Shown here: positions 8,901 through 18,317 of the stretch, piece after piece | Numbering within the stretch: the first letter of the stretch is position 1 | Layout of the letters: every line of letters starts with the position of its first letter | Source of the DNA: an archaeon | GTDB taxonomy: Archaea; Nanobdellota; Nanobdellia; Woesearchaeales; GCA-2686295 | Assembly (NCBI GenBank): GCA_043817405.1 | Contig: JBDRGV010000051.1 | Coordinates: 1,960-65,959, forward strand | Direction of reading: 5' to 3' | DNA length: 64,000 nt | Program-made: the position numbers and the translations under genes | Notes under the pieces: model-generated | Told to the model about the DNA's origin: nothing | The model's database searches: none | Seen by the model: the letters and a program-made list of their open reading frames with translations, nothing else

Positions 8901-9701
8901 TTATTTTGCTGCTGTTTTAATGGCGTCCACTATAAATTTTAGTCCATTTCCTTGATAATCTCCTTGTGGTCTGTATTCCCATATTCCTAGTTTTTTTGGC
9001 TTTGCTTTTTTTATCATCAAAAGAACAATATCTGGCGATGCACCTGTTGAACCGGATTCATGCGGATAAATATTTTGTATTTGATATTTTTTATCAAAGC
9101 AATCCACATCTATATCAAAGTGATTTGCTCTTGTGAATTGTCCGTACAAGAAGTCTTCTATGTTTTTTCCGAAGTAATGTTCGAATTCTTTTGATGTGTT
9201 AAAATAATTTTCAACTGTGATGTTTTTTATGTTTTCTGCGACCCAATCCATGTATGAGGCGTAGTTGTAACTAATGTTTTCATCTATGTTGATATAATCA
9301 GAGTGATAATCCAGTCTTGCAACACGATCTTTTTTTTCGTATAATGTTATTGCACCTAGATGGCTGGGACCTATTGCTATTAATAAATCAAATTCTTTGC
9401 TTGTTTTCAGAATTCTTTTTCTCTCTTTTTCTATCATTTTTATTTCTGAGTTTGAAACTTTCTGGGAAAAAATATATGGCATTCCTTCTAAACGATCTAC
9501 TTTCATTGTTAGTTCATATGGTTCTCCAACAACTGCCTCGCCTAAATCTTCAATGTTCAATCCTGCTGTCAGCTCTAAGATTTGTTTTCTTACAGGAGAA
9601 GTTACTTCAGGAATATATTTAGAAATACAAGCTAAATAATCAGTATCATTTATAGGTACTTCTTCTATTGGAATTCCTATTAAGCCTATTTTTTTCCTCA
9701 T
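8901..9701 (-). CDS. Arginase/ureohydrolase-fold protein, divergent
   Basis: Three segments resemble the arginase family. IAIGPSHLG matches GGDHS; RLDYHSDY matches DAHxD; HFDIDVDCFD matches SxDxDxxDP. Metal ligands are partly substituted. Confidence 0.4.
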   Translation of the reverse strand: MRKKIGLIGIPIEEVPINDTDYLACISKYIPEVTSPVRKQILELTAGLNIEDLGEAVVGEPYELTMKVDRLEGMPYIFSQKVSNSEIKMIEKERKRILKTSKEFDLLIAIGPSHLGAITLYEKKDRVARLDYHSDYINIDENISYNYASYMDWVAENIKNITVENYFNTSKEFEHYFGKNIEDFLYGQFTRANHFDIDVDCFDKKYQIQNIYPHESGSTGASPDIVLLMIKKAKPKKLGIWEYRPQGDYQGNGLKFIVDAIKTAAK

Positions 9702-9727
9702 ACAAGAAAAAGGGAATAAAGAAAGTT

Positions 9728-10192
9728 TTATATGTCTTTGTCAAGATAAGCTGTTGCCTGCTGTTTCATCAATAAGTATCCGTTTCCAAAGAATTTTGTT
9801 CTAGATGGTGTCAATACTTCTTTTATACCTGTGCTTTTTAAAAAGTCTTCTAAGCATCTCTCTGATTTTGTTATGATCTCTACTGGTTTTAAGCCACTTA
9901 ATCCGTTTATCAATAAAGCCACTTGTCCTTTCACTATTTCAGAATCTGAAGTTCCTTGATAAGTTATAACTCCATCCGAGAATGTTGCATGTATATAGGT
10001 ATTTGTTGTACAGTTATTTACCCTATTGTTTGGGCTTTTATATTCACTTGGGAAAGGTTTTAATTTTTCCCCTAAAGATATCATTTGTCTGTAGAATTGA
10101 TAAGGATCTATTTCTTTTAAAGCATTGAGATTTTTGCTTTGTTCTTCTAAATAATTACAATAATCATTTATTGTTTTCTTTTTTTCAGACAT
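9728..10192 (-). CDS. sufE: SufE-like sulfur acceptor protein
   Basis: NRVNNCTTNTYIHA matches the ENxVxGCxSxVWL Cys loop. SDSEIVKGQVALL and LTPSRTKFFGNGYLLM match the SufE C-terminal motifs. Confidence 0.65.
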   Translation of the reverse strand: MSEKKKTINDYCNYLEEQSKNLNALKEIDPYQFYRQMISLGEKLKPFPSEYKSPNNRVNNCTTNTYIHATFSDGVITYQGTSDSEIVKGQVALLINGLSGLKPVEIITKSERCLEDFLKSTGIKEVLTPSRTKFFGNGYLLMKQQATAYLDKDI

Positions 10193-10233
10193 TTTAAATG
10201 GAGAAATGGTTTTTTACTTAAAAAGTTATTTAG

Positions 10234-10614
10234 TTATTTTCGAAGACTTAGAACTATTTGTAGTTGGTTTTCGTAAAAACCAATATGTGTTGTATGGTAA
10301 TCTTCTGATTCTTTTCTCATTGTTTTTGATTTATATAAAAGATTTTTTTTCTGAACAACTTTTTTGTTAATTAATTTTTGTTCAATATTTGGGAATAATT
10401 CAGGCGCTTTTGCTTCGTACCATAACATTATGATACTTGTATAAGAAAGATTTGGAATTCCCGTTATCTTGGCTCCAACATAATCTTCTTTAATAAATTT
10501 CAAATCTTGTAATTCATCTAGAGATTCTATTTTCTGAAGTTCAGGAATGTTTTCTCTTAGATAATTGACTCCTTCTGCTTCATATTTTTTAAAATGTTTA
10601 TCAAATTTACTCAT
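10234..10614 (-). CDS. Hypothetical protein
   Basis: 126-aa ORF; no recognisable motif. Confidence 0.4.
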   Translation of the reverse strand: MSKFDKHFKKYEAEGVNYLRENIPELQKIESLDELQDLKFIKEDYVGAKITGIPNLSYTSIIMLWYEAKAPELFPNIEQKLINKKVVQKKNLLYKSKTMRKESEDYHTTHIGFYENQLQIVLSLRK

Positions 10615-10745
10615 TTTATATTAGATTGCACTATTTATTTATAAAGTTTTTGATTAGTTGTAACTTAATAGTGGTAAAATATAGAAAAGTTTATAAATGA
10701 ATCAATATTCATATTCTATAAAACATCATAAAAAGAGGTTATAAA

Positions 10746-11084
10746 ATGGGAAATATAATAAACGACGAATTAAAAAGTCAAGGATACAATCTAAAAGAAA
10801 GAGCATACGTGATAGGCGGCACAATTGCAGGTGTTGTAGCACCAGTTGTGGCTGCAAGATATCTTATGTTTAACGGGCCTGCTGAAAATTTTATGGGCGA
10901 AGCGCTAGCATGGACTTTTTCAGTAGTTCTTAATGCAACTACGATGATAATTAAACCATATATACCTGTTCCAGTATATACAGGATTAGCAGGTTTCGGA
11001 ATAGGATCTTTAGCAGCACACAATTCTCAACAAAAAAGAATAAAACAAGAAAGTCAATTGGAAAACATAGCACAGGAGAATTAA
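10746..11084 (+). CDS. Gly-rich small membrane protein
   Basis: Two hydrophobic, Gly-rich segments. Upstream GAGG site. First gene of a three-gene operon. Confidence 0.45.
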   Translation: MGNIINDELKSQGYNLKERAYVIGGTIAGVVAPVVAARYLMFNGPAENFMGEALAWTFSVVLNATTMIIKPYIPVPVYTGLAGFGIGSLAAHNSQQKRIKQESQLENIAQEN

Positions 11085-11085
11085 A

Positions 11086-11487
11086 ATGAGCAACAAATTA
11101 AAAGAAATAAGTTACAAACTAGGACTGACAAAAGAAAACAGAATAGAATTATCAGATGTTATGTATGAAACAGCAACAGTTGTTGATAAAGACTATGAAG
11201 AGGAAGAAGATAATCTGCCTTTAGGAACTGCTTTAGATAACATGGCCTTAGGTATTGCAATGAGTGAAAACGAAAAGTATAACGTTACATTCAAAGGTGA
11301 AAAAACTCATTTTAGTTTTGATGACGAAGAACTTTTTGAAATGTACAAAGTTGGAGATATAGTGACAATAGGTTACAAAGAAAAAAACAAAATCACATCT
11401 AACTACGTTCCACCAAACCTTAATGAAAAAGTTGATATAGAAACAGAATTTGCAGGATATCAATTTGTTAATGTGCAGAAAGAATAA
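11086..11487 (+). CDS. Hypothetical protein, paralog A of a tandem pair
   Basis: Shares motifs with the next gene: DKDYEEEEDN vs NKHYEEADDS; KGEKTHFSFDDEELFEMYKVGD vs KGIQSFFNLDDEEIFNQFKIGD; GYQFVNVQKE vs GYEFVSVEKKH. Confidence 0.5.
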   Translation: MSNKLKEISYKLGLTKENRIELSDVMYETATVVDKDYEEEEDNLPLGTALDNMALGIAMSENEKYNVTFKGEKTHFSFDDEELFEMYKVGDIVTIGYKEKNKITSNYVPPNLNEKVDIETEFAGYQFVNVQKE

Positions 11488-11489
11488 AA

Positions 11490-11900
11490 ATGAACAAACT
11501 ACTAACATTAGGACTCGGCATTGTAACAATAGTTTCACTATATGCTTGTAAAGAAACCAGAACAGAAGTTTCTAACAAAGTATTTTATGATCCGGCAGTT
11601 GTTATTAATAAACATTATGAAGAAGCGGATGATTCTACTGCAGTAGCAATTGCAGCAAAAAGTGGCGATTTAACTGCAATAAATCATGACAACCGATACG
11701 TTATTAGTTTTAAAGGTATACAATCATTCTTTAATTTAGACGATGAAGAAATCTTCAATCAATTCAAAATTGGAGATTCAGTAAACGTTGGTTACAAAAA
11801 AGAATTTAAGGTCACTTACAACAAGCATAAAAACTTCGAAGAAGAAATAAGCAGAGTTATTTTAGGATATGAATTTGTAAGTGTTGAGAAAAAACATTAA
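11490..11900 (+). CDS. Hypothetical lipoprotein-like protein, paralog B of a tandem pair
   Basis: Same family as 11086..11487 but with an N-terminal signal/lipobox-like LGLGIVTIVSLYAC. Confidence 0.5.
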   Translation: MNKLLTLGLGIVTIVSLYACKETRTEVSNKVFYDPAVVINKHYEEADDSTAVAIAAKSGDLTAINHDNRYVISFKGIQSFFNLDDEEIFNQFKIGDSVNVGYKKEFKVTYNKHKNFEEEISRVILGYEFVSVEKKH

Positions 11901-12382
11901 TTAAAACTTTTTATTTCTTTCCAGACACCATCAACTTTCTTAAACAAATAATATTCTGAAATAAAGCTTTCCTGATTTAGTAATTCATTAGTTTTATTGA
12001 AGTTTAATGTTGATCTTGAAATTGTTATGTGTGGTTTGTAATTATCTCCACTAAATTGTTTTTCCATTTCATCGAAATCAGAACTTGCATAGTTTCTTAC
12101 AACTTGAACAATGTTTTTATGCAATTGAAAAAGTTCATCGGGTCTTGATAATGTTAGTACTAATATATTATTATGAAAATATTCAAAGCTTTGTGTTTTG
12201 GTTTTAAAAGGAGTTATTTTTATTTTAGACAAATCACATATTAAGTTTTTTTCTTGTTCAGAATCCATATGAAAAAAACAAAGTGTCGCATGAAAACCTA
12301 AAGTTGATGAAACAATATTGTCTTGTTTTAAGATTAAATTAAGCAGTTCCTTATTTGGTCGAAAGCAAGCCACGTAATCCAT
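11897..12382 (-). CDS. 2H phosphoesterase (LigT/ThpR-like RNA 2',3'-cyclic phosphodiesterase)
   Basis: Two HxTx motifs (FHATLCFF and KPHITISR) at the spacing expected for the 2H fold. 161 aa. Confidence 0.6.
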   Translation of the reverse strand: MDYVACFRPNKELLNLILKQDNIVSSTLGFHATLCFFHMDSEQEKNLICDLSKIKITPFKTKTQSFEYFHNNILVLTLSRPDELFQLHKNIVQVVRNYASSDFDEMEKQFSGDNYKPHITISRSTLNFNKTNELLNQESFISEYYLFKKVDGVWKEIKSFN

Positions 12383-12465
12383 ATTATTAGAAATCTTTTA
12401 TTTGTTATAAATTTTTTGAATAAATTTATATATGATAGTATGTTTGCTGTTCTTGAGGTGGCATA

Positions 12466-12636
12466 ATGGCTAAAAAAAGAGATTTTCCAACATTCGCAAC
12501 CATTCTATTAGCTTTGGCAATTTTGTGGTTATTAGGCGACTTAGGAGTGCTAAGTGTAAATATACCCTGGCTTCCAGTAATATTAATCATAATCGCCATA
12601 GGTTGGATAATCAATAACTATACAATAAGACAATAA
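12466..12636 (+). CDS. Small (56 aa) two-TM membrane protein; not in the ORF track
   Basis: GAGGTG lies 6 nt before the ATG. Translation MAKKRDFPTFATILLALAILWLLGDLGVLSVNIPWLPVILIIIAIGWIINNYTIRQ is strongly hydrophobic. It competes with the minus-strand ORF 12426..12614. Confidence 0.4.
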   Translation: MAKKRDFPTFATILLALAILWLLGDLGVLSVNIPWLPVILIIIAIGWIINNYTIRQ

Positions 12637-12648
12637 TCAAGCAATGAT

Positions 12649-13074
12649 TTATTGCAGAAATAATTCTGTTTTATTTTTCATATAATTATAGATTTGGTTA
12701 TAGAAATAACCAGTTCCCTGGGTTATAACATCATCTTTGAACTTTATTATGTGTTCTTCTGAGTTCATTATGTCTTTAGGGCTTAAACCGTTTAGAGCAG
12801 GTATTAGAATTCCCATGAAGCATTGTGCCAAGTAAACATCTGCAGTACCTTTGAAGAATAATTTGTCATCTATTAGCTCTGCAGAAACATAGTTTTCAAA
12901 AGCTTTACTTATTTTGTTTTCTGCTGTTTTTAATTCATCAGGAAAAGGTTCTAGTTGTTCATAATCATTATACATATATGAGAATAAAAACTCCCGACAG
13001 TTCATCTTCTTCAGATTTAGATAGTCTCCTTTCTCATTGAGAAAGTTTATTGTGTCATCGATTGTTTTGTTCAT
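12649..13074 (-). CDS. SufE-like protein lacking the conserved Cys
   Basis: FKGTADVYLAQCFMGILIPALNGLSPKDI aligns to the SufE SDS...VKG...LSG region of 9728..10192. The Cys loop is replaced by KISKAFENYV. Confidence 0.45.
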   Translation of the reverse strand: MNKTIDDTINFLNEKGDYLNLKKMNCREFLFSYMYNDYEQLEPFPDELKTAENKISKAFENYVSAELIDDKLFFKGTADVYLAQCFMGILIPALNGLSPKDIMNSEEHIIKFKDDVITQGTGYFYNQIYNYMKNKTELFLQ

Positions 13075-13104
13075 GGTAGAAGGAATATTGAGAATATTAT
13101 AAAC

Positions 13105-13965
13105 CTATTTCTTTTTTTCAGTTTCTTCTAAAGTTTCTTCTTCAATAACTGCTTCTTTCTTCTTCTCTTTTTTCTCCTCTTTGATTTTCTTCTTTATGGC
13201 TTCTGCTTCTTCGTTAATATAACCGTGTTTCTGAGCAAAGAAAGGCAGCAGGAAGAATCTGTTGCCAAACCAAAGGATTAAGCCTACAAATATTGCTACT
13301 AAAGCATATGGCATGAATTGCAAGTAAAACATGGCCAGTTCATCAGACATTAGTTCGATTGATTTCAGAAGAATTGCTTTAGGATCAATGTCTATCGGAA
13401 AATTCAAGTATTTTACAAAATCAACTTTGGCCATTACACCCAGTAAAAAATCGCTTTTGAACAAAAAGTATGGAATAATAAATAGTATGGGCACAAGGGT
13501 CAATAGTTTCTTTGACAAATAATCTATTGTTAAAACCAAATCATTGTTTACAAAGAATAAAACCAGTAGAAGTGCAAATAAAAAGTTCAGAATTTGTAGT
13601 TTCAGAATAGGATGCTCTTTTTGTTTTTCTTCCAGAAAAGCCTGCCCTTCATCAATGCTTTCATTATAATTTTTTTCAATGGATGGTGTTAAATCCTCAG
13701 TAATTCTTTGGATTTGCGACTCTATTACATCTTCAGGCAAATCACCCAATTCCTGCTCCACATAGTCTCTCGCGGTTTCAGAAACAACACCAGTCATATT
13801 AGTGCTTATGGCATTTCCTCTGGTTTCAAAATAATCAAGAGTTATGCGCATCATTCCAATTCCAACGATGGAAATGACCACAAAGCCCAAAGCCAACCAC
13901 AGAACAAGATTTATCGCTTTATTATATTTGTTAAGCCTCTTAGCTCTATACTGGCGTATATTCAT
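13105..13965 (-). CDS. Multi-pass membrane protein with Lys/Glu-rich C-terminal tail
   Basis: Several hydrophobic segments. C-terminus KKKIKEEKKEKKKEAVIEEETLEETEKKK. Confidence 0.5.
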   Translation of the reverse strand: MNIRQYRAKRLNKYNKAINLVLWLALGFVVISIVGIGMMRITLDYFETRGNAISTNMTGVVSETARDYVEQELGDLPEDVIESQIQRITEDLTPSIEKNYNESIDEGQAFLEEKQKEHPILKLQILNFLFALLLVLFFVNNDLVLTIDYLSKKLLTLVPILFIIPYFLFKSDFLLGVMAKVDFVKYLNFPIDIDPKAILLKSIELMSDELAMFYLQFMPYALVAIFVGLILWFGNRFFLLPFFAQKHGYINEEAEAIKKKIKEEKKEKKKEAVIEEETLEETEKKK

Positions 13966-14031
13966 TAGTTAAAACTATGGAGTATACTATAAAAAACTTT
14001 GTCGACACTTAAAAAAGAGTAATGATTACAA

Positions 14032-15060
14032 TTAAAAGATACATTGCAAAAAAGAAGGATGATTTTCTCTTTTAACACTATCATAACAAGAATTTTTTTT
14101 ACTTTTATCTTGATTTAAATCACAAATAGAATTATCGTCTAATGCAACAGCAACGTTTTTGTAGCAGTAAGACATTTTAAAATCAGACGGAATTCCTTTT
14201 TTATTCTCACAAATTGAAGTATCACCTGTTCCAACTGCTGAAGCAATATAACATCTTTCTTTACCAAGAGCAAATTCAATTTTGTCACAAGTGCTTAAAT
14301 CAAATGTTTGCTTGCCAACCGCTTCATAACAATAATCTTTGTTACCTTTAATCATGTCGCAAATAGTCGCATCTTTATTTACATTTGCACTCGTGCCAAA
14401 ACATCTGTCTTTAAGATCTTCATTTTGAACTTCTTCACAAATAGCCAGGTCTCCCTTTGCACCACCTATTTCAGATAAACAGTAATCTTTCTCTTCCAAT
14501 CTATCAATAAAATTGCAAATTGACTCATTATTTTGTTTGATGGCTATTTCTGAAAAACATATGGTGCCATACACATCTGCCTTTTCGCAAAGTGACAAAT
14601 CAGAAGTTACAGAACCAAGAGTTGCATAACATTGACTTTTTTGAGCTTTATTTGTTTTCTCTTCACAATCACCCAAATAATGTAGACTTAATATTTGTGG
14701 AGAACAACCTCTATAACCACCCCATGCAGGATCTATACTTACTACTCCGCCAATTTCATTGCATTTTGTTTCATCAACATCTTTATAGACAATGCTTACT
14801 CCACCAGCATCAGGACAAACATCAGAGCAAGAATATTGTTCAATTAGTGTCAATCCATTTTTATCATACATCCCTAATGTTTTTGGATATCTTAATGGAT
14901 TAATTTTTTCATTATTAGGATGCACATTAATTTCTCTTAATTGTTCTTGTTCTGCAATAATGTCTTCATCTGTAAGGATTTTATTAGAATTGACTGTTTG
15001 ACATCCCATCAACAATAACAATAACAAAATAGAAATTAAAAATAAAATTCTTTTATCCAT
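14032..15060 (-). CDS. Secreted/lipoprotein Cys-rich repeat protein
   Basis: Signal peptide plus lipobox LLLMGCQ. At least 6 repeats of the form CY..(G)....DLS.C.K, about 20 aa each. Confidence 0.55.
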   Translation of the reverse strand: MDKRILFLISILLLLLLMGCQTVNSNKILTDEDIIAEQEQLREINVHPNNEKINPLRYPKTLGMYDKNGLTLIEQYSCSDVCPDAGGVSIVYKDVDETKCNEIGGVVSIDPAWGGYRGCSPQILSLHYLGDCEEKTNKAQKSQCYATLGSVTSDLSLCEKADVYGTICFSEIAIKQNNESICNFIDRLEEKDYCLSEIGGAKGDLAICEEVQNEDLKDRCFGTSANVNKDATICDMIKGNKDYCYEAVGKQTFDLSTCDKIEFALGKERCYIASAVGTGDTSICENKKGIPSDFKMSYCYKNVAVALDDNSICDLNQDKSKKNSCYDSVKRENHPSFLQCIF

Positions 15061-15111
15061 AGTATAATCTAATTATACTATTATATAAAATTATCTAAAG
15101 CTTCAATTCAA

Positions 15112-15627
15112 TCAGAAGTCTTCCGGCTCGAAGTATTCCTTTGGATGTTTACAGCATGGACATTCTTTTGGAGGCTCTGTGCCTGTGTGTATGTGCCCGC
15201 ATTTACTGCATTTCCACTTTATTGGCTTGTCTCGCTTGAAAACGGTTCCTTTTCTAACCATTTCCAGAAGTCTTTTGTATCTTTCTTCATGTACTTTTTC
15301 AACAATACCTATGGTTGTGAATAGTCTTGCAGCTTCAACATTTCCTTCTGCTTTTGCTTCCTTAGCAAATGTTGGATACATGTCGGTTGTTTCATAATGC
15401 TCGCCTTCCATGGCTGCTTTTAGATTGTTTTCTGTGTTGCTTATTCCCTTTAGAAGCTTGAATTCTTCTTTAGCATGCTGGAATTCATTCACTGCAGTCT
15501 CTTCGAAGATTTTAGCGATGTAATGATAGCCTTCTTTTCTAGCTATTTTTGCAAAGTAATCATATTTGTTTCTAGCCATGCTCTCGCCGGCAAAAGCAGC
15601 GTTTAAATTATCCTCAGTTTTAGTCAT
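15112..15627 (-). CDS. rbr: Rubrerythrin
   Basis: Ferritin-like E..H diiron motifs plus a C-terminal rubredoxin-like WKCSKCGH...CPCCKHP. Start moved to the ATG (MTKTEDN), which has GAGGTG 8 nt upstream; the ORF-track start is a TTG. Confidence 0.85.
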   Translation of the reverse strand: MTKTEDNLNAAFAGESMARNKYDYFAKIARKEGYHYIAKIFEETAVNEFQHAKEEFKLLKGISNTENNLKAAMEGEHYETTDMYPTFAKEAKAEGNVEAARLFTTIGIVEKVHEERYKRLLEMVRKGTVFKRDKPIKWKCSKCGHIHTGTEPPKECPCCKHPKEYFEPEDF

Positions 15628-15714
15628 AATTATGCACCTCAATGTTCGTTAATAAGAACTAGTATTTAAGAATTATGAAAAGTTTATATATTAAAATCAA
15701 TTCCTAGTTCTACA

Positions 15715-16098
15715 ATGACACTAACTATCGATGATTTTGTAAATCCATTATTTGATAAAACAACTCCCAGAAGACATTACATTCCTGCAAGGGAAGAAAT
15801 TTATCATCTTCTTGAAGACGACGATTTCATGAATGAGGAAGAAGCTATGATGATGGGAGAAAGCGAACCTCAATTCAAAGAGAAAAAAGAACTCGCTATT
15901 GAAGGAGTTACAGTTACTGATAATTTCAATCAAGTTGGATATACTTATTGTTTGCTCGATGGAATGTTGTTTGTTAATTATTGGAATAAGAAGGAAGAGA
16001 AGAATGTTCGTTTAATTGAGAAGCCAATTAAAACATATGAAGATTTTGATAAATGTCTTAAAGCTGCAGATAGAAAGATAATGAAAAAATATCGTTAA
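15715..16098 (+). CDS. Hypothetical protein
   Basis: 127-aa ORF; no motif. Confidence 0.4.
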   Translation: MTLTIDDFVNPLFDKTTPRRHYIPAREEIYHLLEDDDFMNEEEAMMMGESEPQFKEKKELAIEGVTVTDNFNQVGYTYCLLDGMLFVNYWNKKEEKNVRLIEKPIKTYEDFDKCLKAADRKIMKKYR

Positions 16099-16102
16099 AA
16101 AA

Positions 16103-17053
16103 TTAAATCACAATTCTCTCGGCTTCTTTTGGATTGTAAACGTCAAATACAATCATTGCCAAGTTCTTACTGAAGTTATCGTTTCCAGGCGCCATGCAGA
16201 GTGTTTTGCCAATGTGATCTTTGAACTCTCCAGAAATATCAACTGTTTCATGGATGTGACCGTGTAAAGTTAAGTATGGTTGATGGTTTTCTATGAAAGA
16301 ACGTAGGGCTATACTTCCAACATGCTGCGTGTTAGGATTAAAGAATTTTCCATTTGGTTTCATGGCCATTGTTTCTATAATGGTTTCCTCTTCCAATCTT
16401 CTGGAAGGACTGGCATAAACATAATCAAGATAGGTGTTGTCAGGTGGCGTGTGAACAACGTATATTGTTTTCTCAGGATTAGTTGTGAATACTCTTTTTT
16501 CCAAGTCTTTCTGTATGGAACTTCTTTTTTCTGTTTTTTCAGAGAATGTGAATCTGCGCCAACCATTATTTGTGCTTTTAACACCATTCAATCTATAATT
16601 ACTATTTTTTCGTTGATCATATCTTTCTTCAAGGTTTTTTGGAACATTACTGAAATCATATTTCTCCCAATCTTTGATTCCAAAAGGAGATATGGGAACA
16701 TATGAATAACCAGCTATATCAAAATCATTGTTTAGTTTCAATCTCTTTCCATGAATCATTTCAAAAAGATCTTTTCGTTCTTCAAGAATTGGCAGGTTCA
16801 CTTTGCAATCATCGTTTCCCATGAGAAATAATTTTGTATTGGGAAGGTTTTTCTTTAAAGGAAGCAGTAATTCTGGTAAACGATTTCTTAAAAAATCAGC
16901 TTGACCTTCAATAAATTTATCTCTGGGAAAACGCTTGGGAGCTATGTCGCCTCCTATAATTACTAACTCTGCTTTATTGGAAATAGCATAGTCAACTAAT
17001 TTATTATATTGTAATTCATTCCCGTGAATATCAGAAGTGTAAATGGTTAACAT
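16103..17053 (-). CDS. Calcineurin-like metallophosphoesterase
   Basis: SDIHGN, GGDIAPK, VVHTPP and LHGHIHE signature motifs. Confidence 0.75.
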   Translation of the reverse strand: MLTIYTSDIHGNELQYNKLVDYAISNKAELVIIGGDIAPKRFPRDKFIEGQADFLRNRLPELLLPLKKNLPNTKLFLMGNDDCKVNLPILEERKDLFEMIHGKRLKLNNDFDIAGYSYVPISPFGIKDWEKYDFSNVPKNLEERYDQRKNSNYRLNGVKSTNNGWRRFTFSEKTEKRSSIQKDLEKRVFTTNPEKTIYVVHTPPDNTYLDYVYASPSRRLEEETIIETMAMKPNGKFFNPNTQHVGSIALRSFIENHQPYLTLHGHIHETVDISGEFKDHIGKTLCMAPGNDNFSKNLAMIVFDVYNPKEAERIVI

Positions 17054-17089
17054 GATATAAGGGAATAAAAAAGATTATTTAAAAGTTGT

Positions 17090-17458
17090 TTAATTCACAA
17101 ACTTCATGGTTTGTTTGACTTTTAATTTATCTGCCACTACCATTATTCCTGCGACTATAAATGTGGTGACTGTTATGATTAATCCAAGTAGCAAATCTGA
17201 AACAATGTTATCACCTATCAAAAAAAGTTCTCCGTGCCACCAATGATCTACAACTCCAAATATTGCTCCTCCGAGTAATAATTGGTTTAACCATGAATGG
17301 TATTTGCTTGTATTCCAAGAAGGAATTTTCTTTCTTAAAAAATAATGTATTATTGCCGCGGTTGTTGGTACTGCATAACAAGTCATATTATCATCTCCAT
17401 TAGTGTTTTGTAAATAAAATTTTTTCATAGTATTTAAAGATTTTGTTTCAAAAAACAC
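17090..17458 (-). CDS. Small membrane protein
   Basis: Hydrophobic 122-aa ORF. Confidence 0.4.
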   Translation of the reverse strand: MFFETKSLNTMKKFYLQNTNGDDNMTCYAVPTTAAIIHYFLRKKIPSWNTSKYHSWLNQLLLGGAIFGVVDHWWHGELFLIGDNIVSDLLLGLIITVTTFIVAGIMVVADKLKVKQTMKFVN

Positions 17459-17507
17459 AATATTTATATATAAGTAATGAATATATATTCATAACTAGGT
17501 GATAAAC

Positions 17508-17669
17508 ATGCCAAATAAAGACGGAACAGGACCAGAAGGAAAAGGGCCAAAAACAGGTAGAGGAACGGGAAACTGCAAAGATGCAGAACCAGTTAAAAAA
17601 GGACCAGGACCTTGCGGTCAAGGATTAAAAAAAGGTCTAGGAAGAAGATTTGCAAATAGAGGTAACTAA
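17508..17669 (+). CDS. DUF5320-family small protein (53 aa); not in the ORF track
   Basis: AGGTGA lies 6 nt upstream. MPNKDGTGPEGKGPKTGRGTGNC...GPCGQGLKKGLGRRF matches the DUF5320 pattern MPxxDGTGPxGxGPxTGRGxGxC. Confidence 0.6.
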   Translation: MPNKDGTGPEGKGPKTGRGTGNCKDAEPVKKGPGPCGQGLKKGLGRRFANRGN

Positions 17670-17670
17670 A

Positions 17671-17988
17671 ATGCCAGGATATAATAGAAAAGGACCAAAT
17701 GGAGACGGACCAAAAACAGGAAGAAGTAAAGGTTATTGCTCAAAGAAAACCCAATACAAAGTAGTTGAAGAAGAAACAATAGGTAGAGGTAGAGGAGGAG
17801 AAGGATTAAGGTTTAACAGAAGCGAAAGACCAAGAAACTATTTCAATCGACAACGACAAAATGAAACAAGTAATGAAGATATTCCACAAGGAGAACTAGA
17901 AAATAGAATTGATGGACAAGGTTTAGGGCCATGTGGTCAAGGATTAAAACAACATTTAAGAAGAAGATTTGATTATAAAAACAAGTAA
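17671..17988 (+). CDS. DUF5320-family protein (105 aa), tandem paralog
   Basis: MPGYNRKGPNGDGPKTGRSKGYC...GPCGQGLKQHLRRRF. Starts 2 nt after the previous stop. The ORF-track TTG start at 17650 is probably too early. Confidence 0.6.
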   Translation: MPGYNRKGPNGDGPKTGRSKGYCSKKTQYKVVEEETIGRGRGGEGLRFNRSERPRNYFNRQRQNETSNEDIPQGELENRIDGQGLGPCGQGLKQHLRRRFDYKNK

Positions 17989-18011
17989 TAAAATAATTGA
18001 GAAATTTTAGA

Positions 18012-18317
18012 ATGCCAAGACCATGCAAAAGAAGGAGAGTTAGAGGACAACCGAGCTCTTCTTACTTCAAGCCAGCCGGAATAAGGAAAATTGATTTAGA
18101 AGAATTAACATTATTGGTTGATGAATTCGAAGCCATAAGATTAAAAGACTTCGAAGGAATGGATCAAGAAAAAGCTGCAAAACAAATGGGTATCTCGCAG
18201 CCAACATTTCACAGATTAATTTTATCTGCCAGAAAAAAAATAGCAGATGCAATTGTTAATGGAAAAGCTATAAAAATAGAAGGCGGTAACTATAAACTAG
18301 AAAACAATGAACGATAA
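18012..18317 (+). CDS. DUF134 (UPF0251) putative DNA-binding protein
   Basis: MPRPCKRRRV...FKPAGI...LTLDEFEAIRLKDFEGMDQEKAAKQMGISQPTFHRLI is the DUF134 signature. Start moved to the ATG at 18012. Confidence 0.7.
   Translation: MPRPCKRRRVRGQPSSSYFKPAGIRKIDLEELTLLVDEFEAIRLKDFEGMDQEKAAKQMGISQPTFHRLILSARKKIADAIVNGKAIKIEGGNYKLENNER

Noticed and set aside
12426-12614. 62-aa minus-strand ORF
   Set aside because: The same region encodes a plus-strand 56-aa two-TM protein with a GAGGTG ribosome-binding site. The minus-strand ORF has no RBS or promoter signal. Only one of the two is likely real.
16322-16705. 127-aa plus-strand ORF inside the metallophosphoesterase gene
   Set aside because: Antisense shadow; the minus-strand gene has clear DIHG/GGD/GHIHE motifs.
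17650-18011. ORF-track N-terminal extensions (MQIEVTK-, MRNFR-)
   Set aside because: Both begin at TTG codons. Conserved family N-termini (MPxxxGxGP for DUF5320, MPRPxKxRRV for DUF134) begin at the downstream ATGs, which also have better spacing to the upstream stops.
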